Shown: positions 38,378 through 48,180, numbered from the stretch's first letter. The stretch is DNA of 51,650 nucleotides from Candidatus Bathyarchaeia archaeon (GCA_050012755.1 JBEKGO010000014.1:1-51650); one strand, 5' to 3'. The notes: generated from the letters alone by a model not told the origin. Numbers and translations: made by a program.

Positions 38378-38571
38378 AAGCCCTTTATCCTAAGTTTACA
38401 TATATACAAACTTCGTAACTTAAAACATCTTTTATCAAGAAAAGATTTAACAGAAACATGCAGGTTTTGGAACATGGAAATAGATTAATAGAAGCGAGAA
38501 TTTTGATATTGCAACACACCTATTAGACGAAGCGCCTATATAGGAAGAATCTTTAGAAAACAAGCATTTGT

Positions 38572-38649
38572 GGGCCGGTCGTCTAGCCTGGTTAGGACAT
38601 CTGCTTGACGTGCAGAAGGTCGCCGGTCCGAATCCGGTCCGGCCCACCA
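38572..38649 (+). tRNA. tRNA-Val(GAC), CCA encoded
   Basis: Acceptor GGGCCGG/CCGGCCC; anticodon arm TCTGC-TTGACGT-GCAGA; T loop TCCGAAT. Confidence 0.93.
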
Positions 38650-38682
38650 CACATCTACTTTTAGCCTTTTGGCAGTTTGTTG

Positions 38683-40524
38683 TTAGCTTTTTCTTTCACG
38701 GTAAATTGCAAAACCTATTAAGCTGCCACCTACGCCAAGAAACAGGATTACCCAAAGCCACCACTGCATCCACAAAGGCTGCGTCTGCTGCTCGACCATA
38801 TTGCTGATGTGTAGTTCATTAATTTCGGTGATAGAGTCGTGGCCGATGTAGAGCTCGTTTTGAGTCACAATTGGACCGCTGGGGTTGGCTACTCCTGAGG
38901 CCACTTGAACTGTTTGTTCTTCTCCGTTAACGTAGATGTGCATTCCTGAAGTTGTGCTACGAGTGAAAACAACGTGGATCCACTGGTTAAGCTGAACAGG
39001 CTGTGTTGTATCTATTTCATTTAGAACACCATTTTGAGTCATTACACAGCCGCGGAGGGCTGCTATAGGCGGCGAGCTTGAATTCTGCGGCGCTTCCCCA
39101 TTTATAGCAATCCCGAGTGTTCTGACTGGCAGTGAAGCGGTGGTTCTCAAGCATTCAACAAGAATGTTGTTGTATGGCACGTTTTTAATTTGTTGTACGT
39201 TTACCCAGGCGTCGATTGTTACCTCTTGTGGTGTTTGCAGACTAGGCGAAGGCGGTACAAACGCATAAGATAAACCATCGAAACTTAACGCTTGACCAAA
39301 CTTGCCCGGCACCTGCTTTGGAGTGTAAGATTGGTTACCTGCCGTTGAAGCTAATACAGCGGGATTGTTGCCAGTGGAATCTGGCATGACACCGTCCGGG
39401 GCAATATTGTCGAACGCCCAAGAAGCAACAATGCTGTTTGATTCTACAGACGCTGGGTGGATTGGCGAAGGTGTTTTTCCAGAGTTTGATGTATCAAATT
39501 GTTTTATGAGCGGGTAGTTGTCTGTATTGTTCGAGTTAATCACGTATGGTGTATCTGCTATTCCTGAACTGTCTCTCTCAACCAAATTAGGATATTTTGT
39601 TTGGTAATCACTCCAGTAGTTTCCGCCTGAGGGGTAACCGTTATCCCAGCTTTCAACAAAAAAAGATGAGTTGCCGAAAGCATTAAAACTGTTGTTTTCA
39701 AAGTTGTTGTGATAAACCTGGTTTGCACGGGGAGCAGCACCCTGAGTAGTAATAAAGACCCCATACTTGTTCGCTTCAAGGTTATTGGCTGTGATTATGT
39801 TGTTTGACCCTGAAAGCCAAATCCCCGATTCAGGATTGGACACTATCTTATTGTCAAAAACTACTGAGTATGAGGAGCCTAAGCCTATGCCTCTAAGGTT
39901 GTTTTGAAGAATGTTTCCGCTGACAATGTTCGAGAATCCACCTAAAGCAATGCCTGAAACAGCATTCCCAATGATACTATTGTCAGAGATGTTGTTTGAT
40001 GAACCCGATAAAAACCGAATACCATCTTTAATGCTTGATGTGATAATGTTGTTGGTTATTGTTGTGGACGATTGCAGGGAACAGAAAATTCCGAAATAAT
40101 TATTCTGAAAAATGTTATCGTTGACAGTACAGTCATCGCCCTGGATATTTATGCCCAGAGCGTTTTGGGAGCGAATTGAGTTATTAGCGCTTTCAATTGT
40201 AAATCCAGAGACTTTAATGCCTTTTGCCGCCAGCGTAAGAACGGCAGGTTCATTTGGCCCACCGTTTCCAATTATTATTGTGTTTTTGCTGTCTTGACCT
40301 TCAAGTGTTAATGATTTGTTAATTTGTATGTCTTCAGGGTAAATGCCTGATTTTACAAATATAACGTCTCCTTGAGAGGCATGGTTGACTGCCAAAGTTA
40401 TCGTAGGATAATTATCGGGTACTGTCAAAGTTGCCGAAGCTCTACTTACTTGAAGGTTAAGCGTCCATACAGCACTAAAGAGAATTATGATTATTGCGAG
40501 AGCTTTGATGAATTCTCTTTTCAC
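38683..40524 (-). CDS. Cell-surface NosD/right-handed beta-helix + LamG-like protein
   Basis: VPDNYPTI, Asn-ladder repeats, WDNGYPSGGNYWSDY and GKFGQALSFDG motifs; C-terminal TM. Start set to the GTG after GGTGA. Confidence 0.85.
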   Translation of the reverse strand: MKREFIKALAIIIILFSAVWTLNLQVSRASATLTVPDNYPTITLAVNHASQGDVIFVKSGIYPEDIQINKSLTLEGQDSKNTIIIGNGGPNEPAVLTLAAKGIKVSGFTIESANNSIRSQNALGINIQGDDCTVNDNIFQNNYFGIFCSLQSSTTITNNIITSSIKDGIRFLSGSSNNISDNSIIGNAVSGIALGGFSNIVSGNILQNNLRGIGLGSSYSVVFDNKIVSNPESGIWLSGSNNIITANNLEANKYGVFITTQGAAPRANQVYHNNFENNSFNAFGNSSFFVESWDNGYPSGGNYWSDYQTKYPNLVERDSSGIADTPYVINSNNTDNYPLIKQFDTSNSGKTPSPIHPASVESNSIVASWAFDNIAPDGVMPDSTGNNPAVLASTAGNQSYTPKQVPGKFGQALSFDGLSYAFVPPSPSLQTPQEVTIDAWVNVQQIKNVPYNNILVECLRTTASLPVRTLGIAINGEAPQNSSSPPIAALRGCVMTQNGVLNEIDTTQPVQLNQWIHVVFTRSTTSGMHIYVNGEEQTVQVASGVANPSGPIVTQNELYIGHDSITEINELHISNMVEQQTQPLWMQWWLWVILFLGVGGSLIGFAIYRERKS

Positions 40525-40703
40525 TTTTTTGTCACCCACTTTCTGTAGATAAATAGAGCCATGTATCATATTACTCTCCCTAAAGAACACACTGTTCTTT
40601 TAGAAGAACACCACAAAGAGACGAAATCAAGAACTTACCGGCTAAACGATTCGTTTTTCTTTTTCCTATTTTCAACAGTTTTTAAAATAGATCGGGAGTT
40701 TTC

Positions 40704-40856
40704 TTAGAGTTCGTATCTCCCGAAATCAAGAGAACCACATTCTGGAGTAACAAAATAAAAGATTTTTCCGCAATGGCAACAATGATACTCCTGATTCTTA
40801 TTTTTTTCAACTTCTAAGGAGCCACATTCAGGACAACAAATTTCAACCTTTGCCAT
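40704..40856 (-). CDS. Small zinc-ribbon protein, 50 aa (absent from ORF track)
   Basis: Own translation: MAKVEICCPECGSLEVEKNKNQEYHCCHCGKIFYFVTPECGSLDFGRYEL. Confidence 0.65.
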   Translation of the reverse strand: MAKVEICCPECGSLEVEKNKNQEYHCCHCGKIFYFVTPECGSLDFGRYEL

Positions 40857-40984
40857 TATTTCTACTTCCCAAATTTAGGTTTAACCCGTTTGCTATTAAA
40901 GATTCTGGACAACTATTGAGCTTGTGCAAGGGGCAAGGTTTTTGAGCAGGGTTGTTTTCTATTGCCAGCCAAGGATGATGAATT

Positions 40985-41116
40985 TTGTCTAGAAAAGCGA
41001 AGAAAGCTGAAGGTTTAGAAAAACATAAGCAACTGCAACGAGAAAAAGATCAGAAACGAAAACAGAAGAAACAAGTCTCTCTCCCAGCAAAACACGCCTC
41101 CAAAGGCAAAAAATAG
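40985..41116 (+). CDS. Small, very basic protein, 43 aa (absent from ORF track)
   Basis: TTG start after GGATGA; MSRKAKKAEGLEKHKQLQREKDQKRKQKKQVSLPAKHASKGKK. Confidence 0.5.
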   Translation: MSRKAKKAEGLEKHKQLQREKDQKRKQKKQVSLPAKHASKGKK

Positions 41117-41212
41117 TTTTGCTTGACTGATTTTGCTTAATCCACTTTTTCATTTGCTAACTTCTTGGTTTCTGATTTTCAGTTATTGAGATTTATATTT
41201 CCCGGAATTATT

Positions 41213-42427
41213 TTAGTCGACACTTTCGCGGATGACAATTACAATGAATTGCCCTAATCTGGTTTTTACCAAATTAGAGTATAATTTTATGTGCATCTGA
41301 GATTTGTTTTTACGCAGATGAATCATTTCAAGACTGGTTTCGCCTTTTTCAACAATGCGTCTTAGTAATAAATTAACTGAGGAAGCATCGTTTGACGGCA
41401 GAAGTGATCGAATATTGATGTTGAGGAATTCATCAAGTGTATAACCATACACTTTTGTGGCAGCTTCATTTGCATATTGAAAGTCGCCTTTCTCATTTAA
41501 GAGAAATATGGCTTCTCCTGCATTATCAAGAATCGTTGCTCTCAGTTTAAGCCCTTCTTCAGTTTTACGATGCCCTTGAATTTCACGTCTTAATTCTTCG
41601 TTTGCTTTCGCATATTCGACTGTTCGCTCTGCCACTACATGCTCCAGTCGATATCGATATTTGTTTAGTTCAGATTCTATCTCTTTATTTTTAGTTATGT
41701 CAATAGATAGAATTAGTATTCCTTCAGGAACCGGATTAATTCGAAGTTCAAACCAGCCTTTGGTTCCGTCTGGGAATGCAAATTCATTATCCAAATGGTT
41801 TGGGACACGATTTATCATGCAGTTTCGAAGGTGACTGAACATTTCTGTTCTATCTATGCCAGGATAAACTTGCATCATTGTATATCCTAACAATTCTCCC
41901 TTGGTCTTTCTTCCCTGTTTAGCCGCAGCCTCATTTACGTAAACATAACGCCAATCATAATCAATAATTTGACAACCCTCAATCATGAAATCCAGAGAAA
42001 TCTGAAGACGATTTTCAATTTCTCTTGACGATTTTTCCATTCGTTTCTTCTCAGTAACGTCATCTGCTGAGCTAAGCATGCCAATGGTTTTCCCTTTTTC
42101 GTCGCTAACAAGCAGGTTATGGAAGTTGAATGTCCGTTCTTCTCCTTGTTTAGTAATTAAAGGATATTCCAAATGTAAATGACGAAGATTTCCGTTTAGG
42201 GCATCATGAAACAAACGTTTCGCCTCTGTTTTTTTTGCTGTTGGCACAAAGTTTTCAAACCAATTTTTGCCCTTAACTTCATTGCTTGAATAACCGAGTA
42301 TTTCACACGCTTTTTTGTTTATGTCGACTACGACTTCATCGCTGCTAATAGCAACCATGAAGACGTCGGTTTGGTTAAAAAACGATTTTGCTAAGCTATT
42401 GTGTGTTTCCAACTTCTTTTCCCTCAT
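41213..42427 (-). CDS. Multi-PAS-domain protein with no output domain
   Basis: Three PAS/PAC repeats and a LE..V.ERT coiled coil. The protein ends after the last PAS. Confidence 0.82.
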   Translation of the reverse strand: MREKKLETHNSLAKSFFNQTDVFMVAISSDEVVVDINKKACEILGYSSNEVKGKNWFENFVPTAKKTEAKRLFHDALNGNLRHLHLEYPLITKQGEERTFNFHNLLVSDEKGKTIGMLSSADDVTEKKRMEKSSREIENRLQISLDFMIEGCQIIDYDWRYVYVNEAAAKQGRKTKGELLGYTMMQVYPGIDRTEMFSHLRNCMINRVPNHLDNEFAFPDGTKGWFELRINPVPEGILILSIDITKNKEIESELNKYRYRLEHVVAERTVEYAKANEELRREIQGHRKTEEGLKLRATILDNAGEAIFLLNEKGDFQYANEAATKVYGYTLDEFLNINIRSLLPSNDASSVNLLLRRIVEKGETSLEMIHLRKNKSQMHIKLYSNLVKTRLGQFIVIVIRESVD

Positions 42428-44579
42428 CTGTTCTTGATTCTTCCTGTCCGGCGGCAGGCAAATACATTCTTTGAGTGTATTCTTTCATCATTCTGCAAGC
42501 GTTAAAAGCAGGAGTGATTGATTTTATTGTTTCTTTAATGAATTTTATCCATTGATGCGGCACTCCCCTTCGGTCTCGGTCATAATAGAGTGATGCTATT
42601 TCGTTTTCGAGCAGGCTATAAAGCGATTCAGCATCCGTTTTGTCTTCTTCCTCAGGGCTGCCCCCTTGAAAACTGTCTATTGCCCACCCATTCTTTCCGT
42701 TGTAAGCTTCGTCCCACCATCCATCACGAACGCTGAGGTTTACCACGCCGTTCATCGAAGCTTTCATTCCGCTTGTTCCACATGCTTCTTGCAGTCGTCT
42801 GGGTGTATTGAGCCATACGTCAACGCCGCGGACAAGTTCACGTGAAAGATTAAGGTCATAGTCTTCAACAAAGACAATTCGCCCTTGAAAACCTCTATCT
42901 AAACTTGCCTGATACACCCGTTTAAGAAGTTGCTTTGATTGGTAATCGGCTGGGTGAGATTTGCCAGCAAAGATTATCTGCATTGGTCTTTCCGGATTTG
43001 TTATTATTCGTTTGAGACGATCGATGTCGGATAGCAGTAAGTATGGTCGTTTATACTCGGTAAATCGGCGTGCAAAAGCAATAGTTAAGGCATATGGATC
43101 AAGTAGAGACCCCATTGCAATCACTTGTTGAGTTGTTACAGCATTTTGGGTCCAGCGCTGTTGTGCTCTATCTTGAATGGTGTTTATCAATCGTGTTTTT
43201 AATGTTTGACGCGTCTGCCACAATTCTTCATCAGGCAAATCTTCAATGCATTTCCAATATTCGTCTTCGTCTTGTTTTTGCAGAAGTTCTGCACCAAGGT
43301 ATTTATCACAGAGAGCGCTGATCTCTGGCGCTTGCCAACTTGGTAAGTGAACGCCGTTTGTCACGGATATAATTGGTACTTGATCTTCCGGCTTATCTGG
43401 CCAAAGTACTTGCCACATTCTTCTAGTTATTTTACCGTGAAGTTTAGAGACAGCGTTATAATAAGCAGATAAACGAAAAGCGAAAGCTGTAAGGTTGAAT
43501 CTTTCGGGACCGAAGCCTGGATGCTGACCCAGCTTTAGGAAACTCTCTCGATCAATTCCGAGAGGTTCCCAAAGATTACGTGCATAGTTGTCCATTAGTT
43601 GAAAACTGAAAACATGGTGACCTGCTGCAACTGGAGTGTGCGTTGTGAAAACTGTGCTTCGCTGCACTTTCTCTATAGCGGAATCAAAAGATAAGCCGTT
43701 GGCTCGCTCTATGCGGAGACGTTCAAGCATCATGAAAGCCGTATGGTCTTCATTAGCGTGCCACACAACAGGTTGAATGTGAAGCTCCCTCAACGCGCGA
43801 ACTCCACCTACACCTAGTACAATCAGTTGACGGAGCCGTTCTTCTGGATCTGCGGTATACAAACGCGCTGACAATGTCATATCTTCAGGACGATTTTCTT
43901 CAACATTAGTATCCATCAGATAAAGAGCCACGCGACCAACATTTACTTGCCAAACTTTAAGGTAAATTTGGCGGTCAGCAAGTTGAACTGGAATAAGAGG
44001 TCCACATCCGTGCGGCCAAGCGCAAGGTGAAATGGGTGCGTCATCAAAGTTGAGTTGTATGTAATCTTCTTGTTGATCTCCTTCGGGTGAAATATGCTGC
44101 CGAAAGTAGCCTTGAGGATACATGAATCCGACCGCAACGAATGGCAGCCCCCTATCTGAGCATTCTTTACATATGTCTCCCGCCAGTACGCCTAAGCCGC
44201 CTGCATAAATTGGCAAGGAATTATGGATAGCGTACTCAGCCGAGAAATAAGCTATTTGACCGTTTGGTTTAGCAGGGTTGGTTTGGCCGCACCATTCATG
44301 ACCTCTCAACATTTCTTTGTCGAAATTGGACATCACCATATCATAGAGTTCTAAAAAAACAGGGTCTCTTGCCGCTTCTTCCAGCTTCTCTTTGCTGATA
44401 CTGCGCAGTTGTTTAACTGGGTTGTGCCCGCTGGTTCGCCATAGACCGTAATCCAAGGAGCGAAAAACTTGTCGTCCTTCCTCATGCCAACTCCACCATA
44501 AATTGTTGGCAAGCTCCAATAATCTGCCTATTCTTGCCGGAAGATTTGGCGATTCTCGTTCAGGGATGTTTACTGTCAT
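42396..44579 (-). CDS. glgP: Alpha-glucan (glycogen/maltodextrin) phosphorylase
   Basis: NLWWSW, YFSAEY, YAGGLGVLAGD, FARRF..YKR and EACGTSGMK motifs. Confidence 0.94.
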   Translation of the reverse strand: MTVNIPERESPNLPARIGRLLELANNLWWSWHEEGRQVFRSLDYGLWRTSGHNPVKQLRSISKEKLEEAARDPVFLELYDMVMSNFDKEMLRGHEWCGQTNPAKPNGQIAYFSAEYAIHNSLPIYAGGLGVLAGDICKECSDRGLPFVAVGFMYPQGYFRQHISPEGDQQEDYIQLNFDDAPISPCAWPHGCGPLIPVQLADRQIYLKVWQVNVGRVALYLMDTNVEENRPEDMTLSARLYTADPEERLRQLIVLGVGGVRALRELHIQPVVWHANEDHTAFMMLERLRIERANGLSFDSAIEKVQRSTVFTTHTPVAAGHHVFSFQLMDNYARNLWEPLGIDRESFLKLGQHPGFGPERFNLTAFAFRLSAYYNAVSKLHGKITRRMWQVLWPDKPEDQVPIISVTNGVHLPSWQAPEISALCDKYLGAELLQKQDEDEYWKCIEDLPDEELWQTRQTLKTRLINTIQDRAQQRWTQNAVTTQQVIAMGSLLDPYALTIAFARRFTEYKRPYLLLSDIDRLKRIITNPERPMQIIFAGKSHPADYQSKQLLKRVYQASLDRGFQGRIVFVEDYDLNLSRELVRGVDVWLNTPRRLQEACGTSGMKASMNGVVNLSVRDGWWDEAYNGKNGWAIDSFQGGSPEEEDKTDAESLYSLLENEIASLYYDRDRRGVPHQWIKFIKETIKSITPAFNACRMMKEYTQRMYLPAAGQEESRTDEGKEVGNTQ

Positions 44580-45053
44580 GAGTGAAATTAGCCCCGCTTT
44601 TTGGGCTTACCTAATCAAAAGGATTCAAATCGTTGAATTCTACTTAATATTTTAAGCGCCGACTTAATATACATAATGTGAATGAGCATGTTCAAGTTTT
44701 TCGCATCATTCTCAAAGGGAAAAATAAAAAAAACTAGAAAAGTTGAATGAGAATTTTGTCGGCCTAAATTGGTGCCCGCATTTGTAACGTAAAGTTGGCG
44801 TCTTCTGTTTGCAGTTTAGCACCGATTCTAAGAGTACTACCGCTAGCCATTCTTTGGGTGCACCAGTAATGGATACTGATCATTTAGTGTGCTACTATAT
44901 AATAAGGTAATTTGGCGCTCGTTCTGCCACTTGAACAACGCTGAGTTGTTTGGGGTCTGTCAACTTTAATTCTTCATCTTTCCCGATCAGACTGGGACGG
45001 CGACATCATCCCCCAACAAACAAACATCATCCCGTATCATTTTAAGTATTCCT

Positions 45054-45240
45054 AACGTAATGCTATGGCTGAAGAAGAACGCTTACGAAGAAATAACAAT
45101 AAGAAAAACTTCCATCTTATCTCATAGCAATAGAATCCGAAATGTACCGCTGGAAAAATTACAGAGACGTTTTGCCAAGTGAGGAGAATAAGCAAGCTTT
45201 TGAGGAAATTATGGACTTGTGCAGAGCCAGCGTGGGCTAA
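45054..45240 (+). pseudogene. Joined gene remnants: integrase-like N-terminal fragment and a fragment of a small alpha-helical conserved protein
   Basis: NVMLWLKKNAYEEITIRK (45054-), then start-less EKLPSYLIAIESEMYRWKNYRDVLPSEENKQAFEEIMDLCR (45103-45240). Confidence 0.5.
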
Positions 45241-45303
45241 ACAAAAACAACTTTGACTTAAAACAAAAACCCTTTATGCAAGAGGCCATATCAAAAATTA
45301 GAG

Positions 45304-45750
45304 TTGCATAAGATGTCAAAAACCGGCAAACTTCTTACAAAAGACGCTTTAGTTTCTATGCAAGTGATAGATTCAAAAGGACGGTTGATGGGAAAAGTTA
45401 AAGATGTCGCGCTCGAAGTTGGAAAAATTGGAATTTCGTTAGCCGTCCAAAACGACAATGGGGAAATCCAAATCGTTCAATGGGGAGACATTCAAGCAGC
45501 ATCAGACTTCATAATACTGAAACCTCAATCTCAAAACGTCACTCAAGTGCAGCCCCAAGAACAAACTCAACAACAAACAAAAGTGGAACCGATGACCAAG
45601 CAAAAAACTCCGCCAACTTGCTCAATGTGCGGTAAACCTCTCAAATGGATTCCACAATACGAAAGATGGTACTGCTACAAAGACAAGATATATGCAGATC
45701 AAACGGAATCATCAAAAGATGAAGGTTGGAAAGAAGTGTTCGGAGAATAG
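45304..45750 (+). CDS. PRC-barrel domain protein with C-terminal zinc ribbon
   Basis: MQVIDSKG..MGKVKDV PRC motif; CSMCGKPLKWIPQYERWYCYKD. Confidence 0.8.
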   Translation: MHKMSKTGKLLTKDALVSMQVIDSKGRLMGKVKDVALEVGKIGISLAVQNDNGEIQIVQWGDIQAASDFIILKPQSQNVTQVQPQEQTQQQTKVEPMTKQKTPPTCSMCGKPLKWIPQYERWYCYKDKIYADQTESSKDEGWKEVFGE

Positions 45751-45788
45751 TACACAGAACAGCGTCCCCGGCTGATAAGAATATTATC

Positions 45789-45835
45789 AACGTCATGCTT
45801 TGGATGAAAAGAAACGCATATCAGGAAATCACAAT
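45789..45835 (+). pseudogene. Second integrase-like N-terminal fragment
   Basis: NVMLWMKRNAYQEITI is 13/16 aa identical to the 45054 fragment, with mostly third-position changes. Confidence 0.5.
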
Positions 45836-45995
45836 CGCGCACAAGAGTAATCAGAAAGCCTTTTTTTCGGAACCTGCACTTCCAATCATTTAGAGAATAA
45901 AATTGTCACTTGTTAAACTTGATAGCAACCTTCAAGCTGGAAGCCACCCTTCATTATTCAAATAAAAAAATGGGTGAGTCCTTAAAGCAGACTCA

Positions 45996-46205
45996 TTAAT
46001 GGCGCTTATAAATAAACCTTAAGACAGCAATGATCAGCAGTATGACACCCAACACAAATAAGAGAGTGCCTGCACCTGAGCCTCGCAGTGGAGCACCATG
46101 AACATTTATTATATATTCTCCAACGATCACTAAGAGTATTCCTAGCACACCCAGAATGATAGCATGCATGTTGCGGTTGTTAGTTGTTTTTCCTTGTTCT
46201 CCCAT
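45996..46205 (-). CDS. Small 2-TM membrane protein
   Basis: Two hydrophobic helices; GGGAGA RBS. Confidence 0.7.
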   Translation of the reverse strand: MGEQGKTTNNRNMHAIILGVLGILLVIVGEYIINVHGAPLRGSGAGTLLFVLGVILLIIAVLRFIYKRH

Positions 46206-46405
46206 TTCAAAATCTCCCTTTATCCTCCATCATTTCTTTTAGTATTTAAGCTTATACCGAAAAATTATATGACTTTTATGCAGTCTATGCAACCACAAGA
46301 AAACCAGAAATCAGTTTTTGTCACCCCAAGACCTAAAAAATCAGCCCACAACCATCAAACCATAATCATAAACCAAAAACACCTCGCTTAGTGAGGAACA
46401 CCACC

Positions 46406-46447
46406 CTAAAGGGTACACCCCTCACAAGCAAGGACTCTGGTTTTGCA
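46406..46447. repeat. 42-bp direct repeat, copy 1
   Basis: CTAAAGGGTACACCCCTCACAAGCAAGGACTCTGGTTTTGCA, 36/42 identical to 47663..47704. Confidence 0.85.
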
Positions 46448-46550
46448 TGTAATGTACATAGCATAGAATTAGTCAAGAAATGTCAACTAAGTGTAGTCAA
46501 GAAACTTTTACGAAAACCTTTAATTTAAAGTCTACGCCAAGGCTTCATGA

Positions 46551-47087
46551 ATGAGATTGAAAACGCTTATCAAAGCAGTCACTGTTTCGCTCGTTATAGT
46601 TACCCTTGGTCTTTCTTTTTTAGCCTTGTCCCTTGGGAACCAAATGAACCAAGCCCAGAATAGAGTGAGTGAACTGCAAAACCAAGTGGTGAACTATGAA
46701 AAAATGATGAATGCACCCCCAAATGTGACTTTCACTAATGTTTCAGTGGGAAGCTGGTATTCAGAAGAATATAATGGTTCTCCTCTTCCTCCGTACACCA
46801 AACCCATCAATGCAACATTTCAGAATTTAGGAACAAGGAGCATAGGTGGATTAAGTTTAAACTGCACAGTGGAAGGGAATCCAACCAAAATTGGCGATGA
46901 TTTCTTAATTTATATTGACCCTCAACAGCTTGGAATCCTTCACCCCCATGAGTCGAAGAGTTACTTTGTGCGAATAGTGACTGGTTCCGCTTCCCGAGAG
47001 GCAACATTATCCCAATGCAGATTAGTGCTTACACTAATGCTTGATAAGCTTGTTGTCGATGAAAAAACGGTGACTATAGGAGATTGA
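46551..47087 (+). CDS. Membrane-anchored coiled-coil + Ig-like hypothetical protein (paralog 1)
   Basis: N-terminal TM; NVT..NVS, N.G...IGGL and QL..LH..ES shared with the next gene. Confidence 0.75.
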   Translation: MRLKTLIKAVTVSLVIVTLGLSFLALSLGNQMNQAQNRVSELQNQVVNYEKMMNAPPNVTFTNVSVGSWYSEEYNGSPLPPYTKPINATFQNLGTRSIGGLSLNCTVEGNPTKIGDDFLIYIDPQQLGILHPHESKSYFVRIVTGSASREATLSQCRLVLTLMLDKLVVDEKTVTIGD

Positions 47088-47611
47088 CAAAGATGGCGCC
47101 CCGAGAAATATTGCCCATCTTCCTGCTGTCAATCGTCATAATTGCATTGATTGGTACAATAGGGTATTTTCAAACACAAACAGACAATGCACACAAGCAA
47201 GCAAGCAATCTAGAAGTACAGCTCAATAGCCTTCAAAATCCAACATATAATGTGACTATAGCAAATGTTTCTGCTGCGGATTCATGGTCACCTATAGTGG
47301 GATTGACTTTAGAAAAAACGTTCTACATTACAATCAAAAACAATGGGGATACAGATATTGGAGGATTAACTACTAAAACCGAAGTCTTTGATAATGGCAA
47401 CGTCACGAACAGCGGTGAGCTTTTTACTGATACAATTACCCCCCCGCAACTCAGCTTTCTTCACGCCAACGAATCAGCGCTCATATATGTGGATGTCTAT
47501 GCTAATTTAGGTGTTTCACTCGATGGTAAGAATGTTGTCTTTACACTGATATTAGATACGACTGTTCTGGACAATTGTACACTTAACTTAGGGTCACGCG
47601 TGACCCTTTGA
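47084..47611 (+). CDS. Membrane-anchored coiled-coil + Ig-like hypothetical protein (paralog 2)
   Basis: Same motifs as the 46551 gene; 4-nt overlap with it. Confidence 0.75.
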   Translation: MTKMAPREILPIFLLSIVIIALIGTIGYFQTQTDNAHKQASNLEVQLNSLQNPTYNVTIANVSAADSWSPIVGLTLEKTFYITIKNNGDTDIGGLTTKTEVFDNGNVTNSGELFTDTITPPQLSFLHANESALIYVDVYANLGVSLDGKNVVFTLILDTTVLDNCTLNLGSRVTL

Positions 47612-47662
47612 CACCTAAATCCCTTTTCTCTATCTTAAGGAACATAGGGGCTTTAACTTTTT

Positions 47663-47704
47663 CTAAAGGGCGCCATCCTCACAAGCAAGGACTCTGTTTT
47701 TGCA
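47663..47704. repeat. 42-bp direct repeat, copy 2
   Basis: CTAAAGGGCGCCATCCTCACAAGCAAGGACTCTGTTTTTGCA. Confidence 0.85.
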
Positions 47705-47742
47705 CTAACAACAATTCAAGTTACATAAAGGCTCAAAGAAAG

Positions 47743-48180
47743 TTAAGCTATCGTCTGTTTATTTTCTCTTAATTCAACGAACAAAAAGGCAGCGAGAGCA
47801 GGAAAGAACAGAAAGAAAAGATTTCCCGACAAGTAATTCAAATAATTGAAAATATCAGAATTGAGAAAGAATAGGTTGGTTTGGAGATTAAAATACATTT
47901 GATTGAGTATGTTGCCTACCAACAAGCCAAATATTAGAGCTAAAATGATTGTTTTTTCTGCTTTAATTTTTCCTTTTTTAGCCAAGAAGTAGAACGAGGC
48001 AAAAACTGGAAGGGCAATCAGGAAATTAACTAGGGTGATTAAGACCAACGCCCAATAAGGATAGGTGAACCCACTAAAAGTATTCAAAGAGACTCTCAAC
48101 GTCTCCGCAAGATATAGGATGAAGGAACCCCCTATCGTAACAGCGAAAACCAACAGCGGTTTTTTCGTTTTACTTCCCAA
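47743..48180 (-). CDS. Hypothetical 4-TM membrane protein
   Basis: Four hydrophobic segments; GAGGA RBS. Confidence 0.65.
   Translation of the reverse strand: MGSKTKKPLLVFAVTIGGSFILYLAETLRVSLNTFSGFTYPYWALVLITLVNFLIALPVFASFYFLAKKGKIKAEKTIILALIFGLLVGNILNQMYFNLQTNLFFLNSDIFNYLNYLSGNLFFLFFPALAAFLFVELRENKQTIA

Noticed and set aside
38447-38807. ORFs 38447-38650 and 38568-38807
   Set aside because: They overlap tRNA-Val(GAC) and are spurious.
44720-45010. Interrupted minus-strand frame with CKQK...CGHQF
   Set aside because: It has several stops and no identifiable family.
188-45750. Genome-wide TAG-to-pyrrolysine recoding
   Set aside because: About a dozen genes end in TAG at plausible C-termini, and no pyl genes are in the window.
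46406-47704. Integron attC sites
   Set aside because: The repeats lack RYYYAAC/GTTRRRY boxes and the long imperfect palindrome, and no intI is present.
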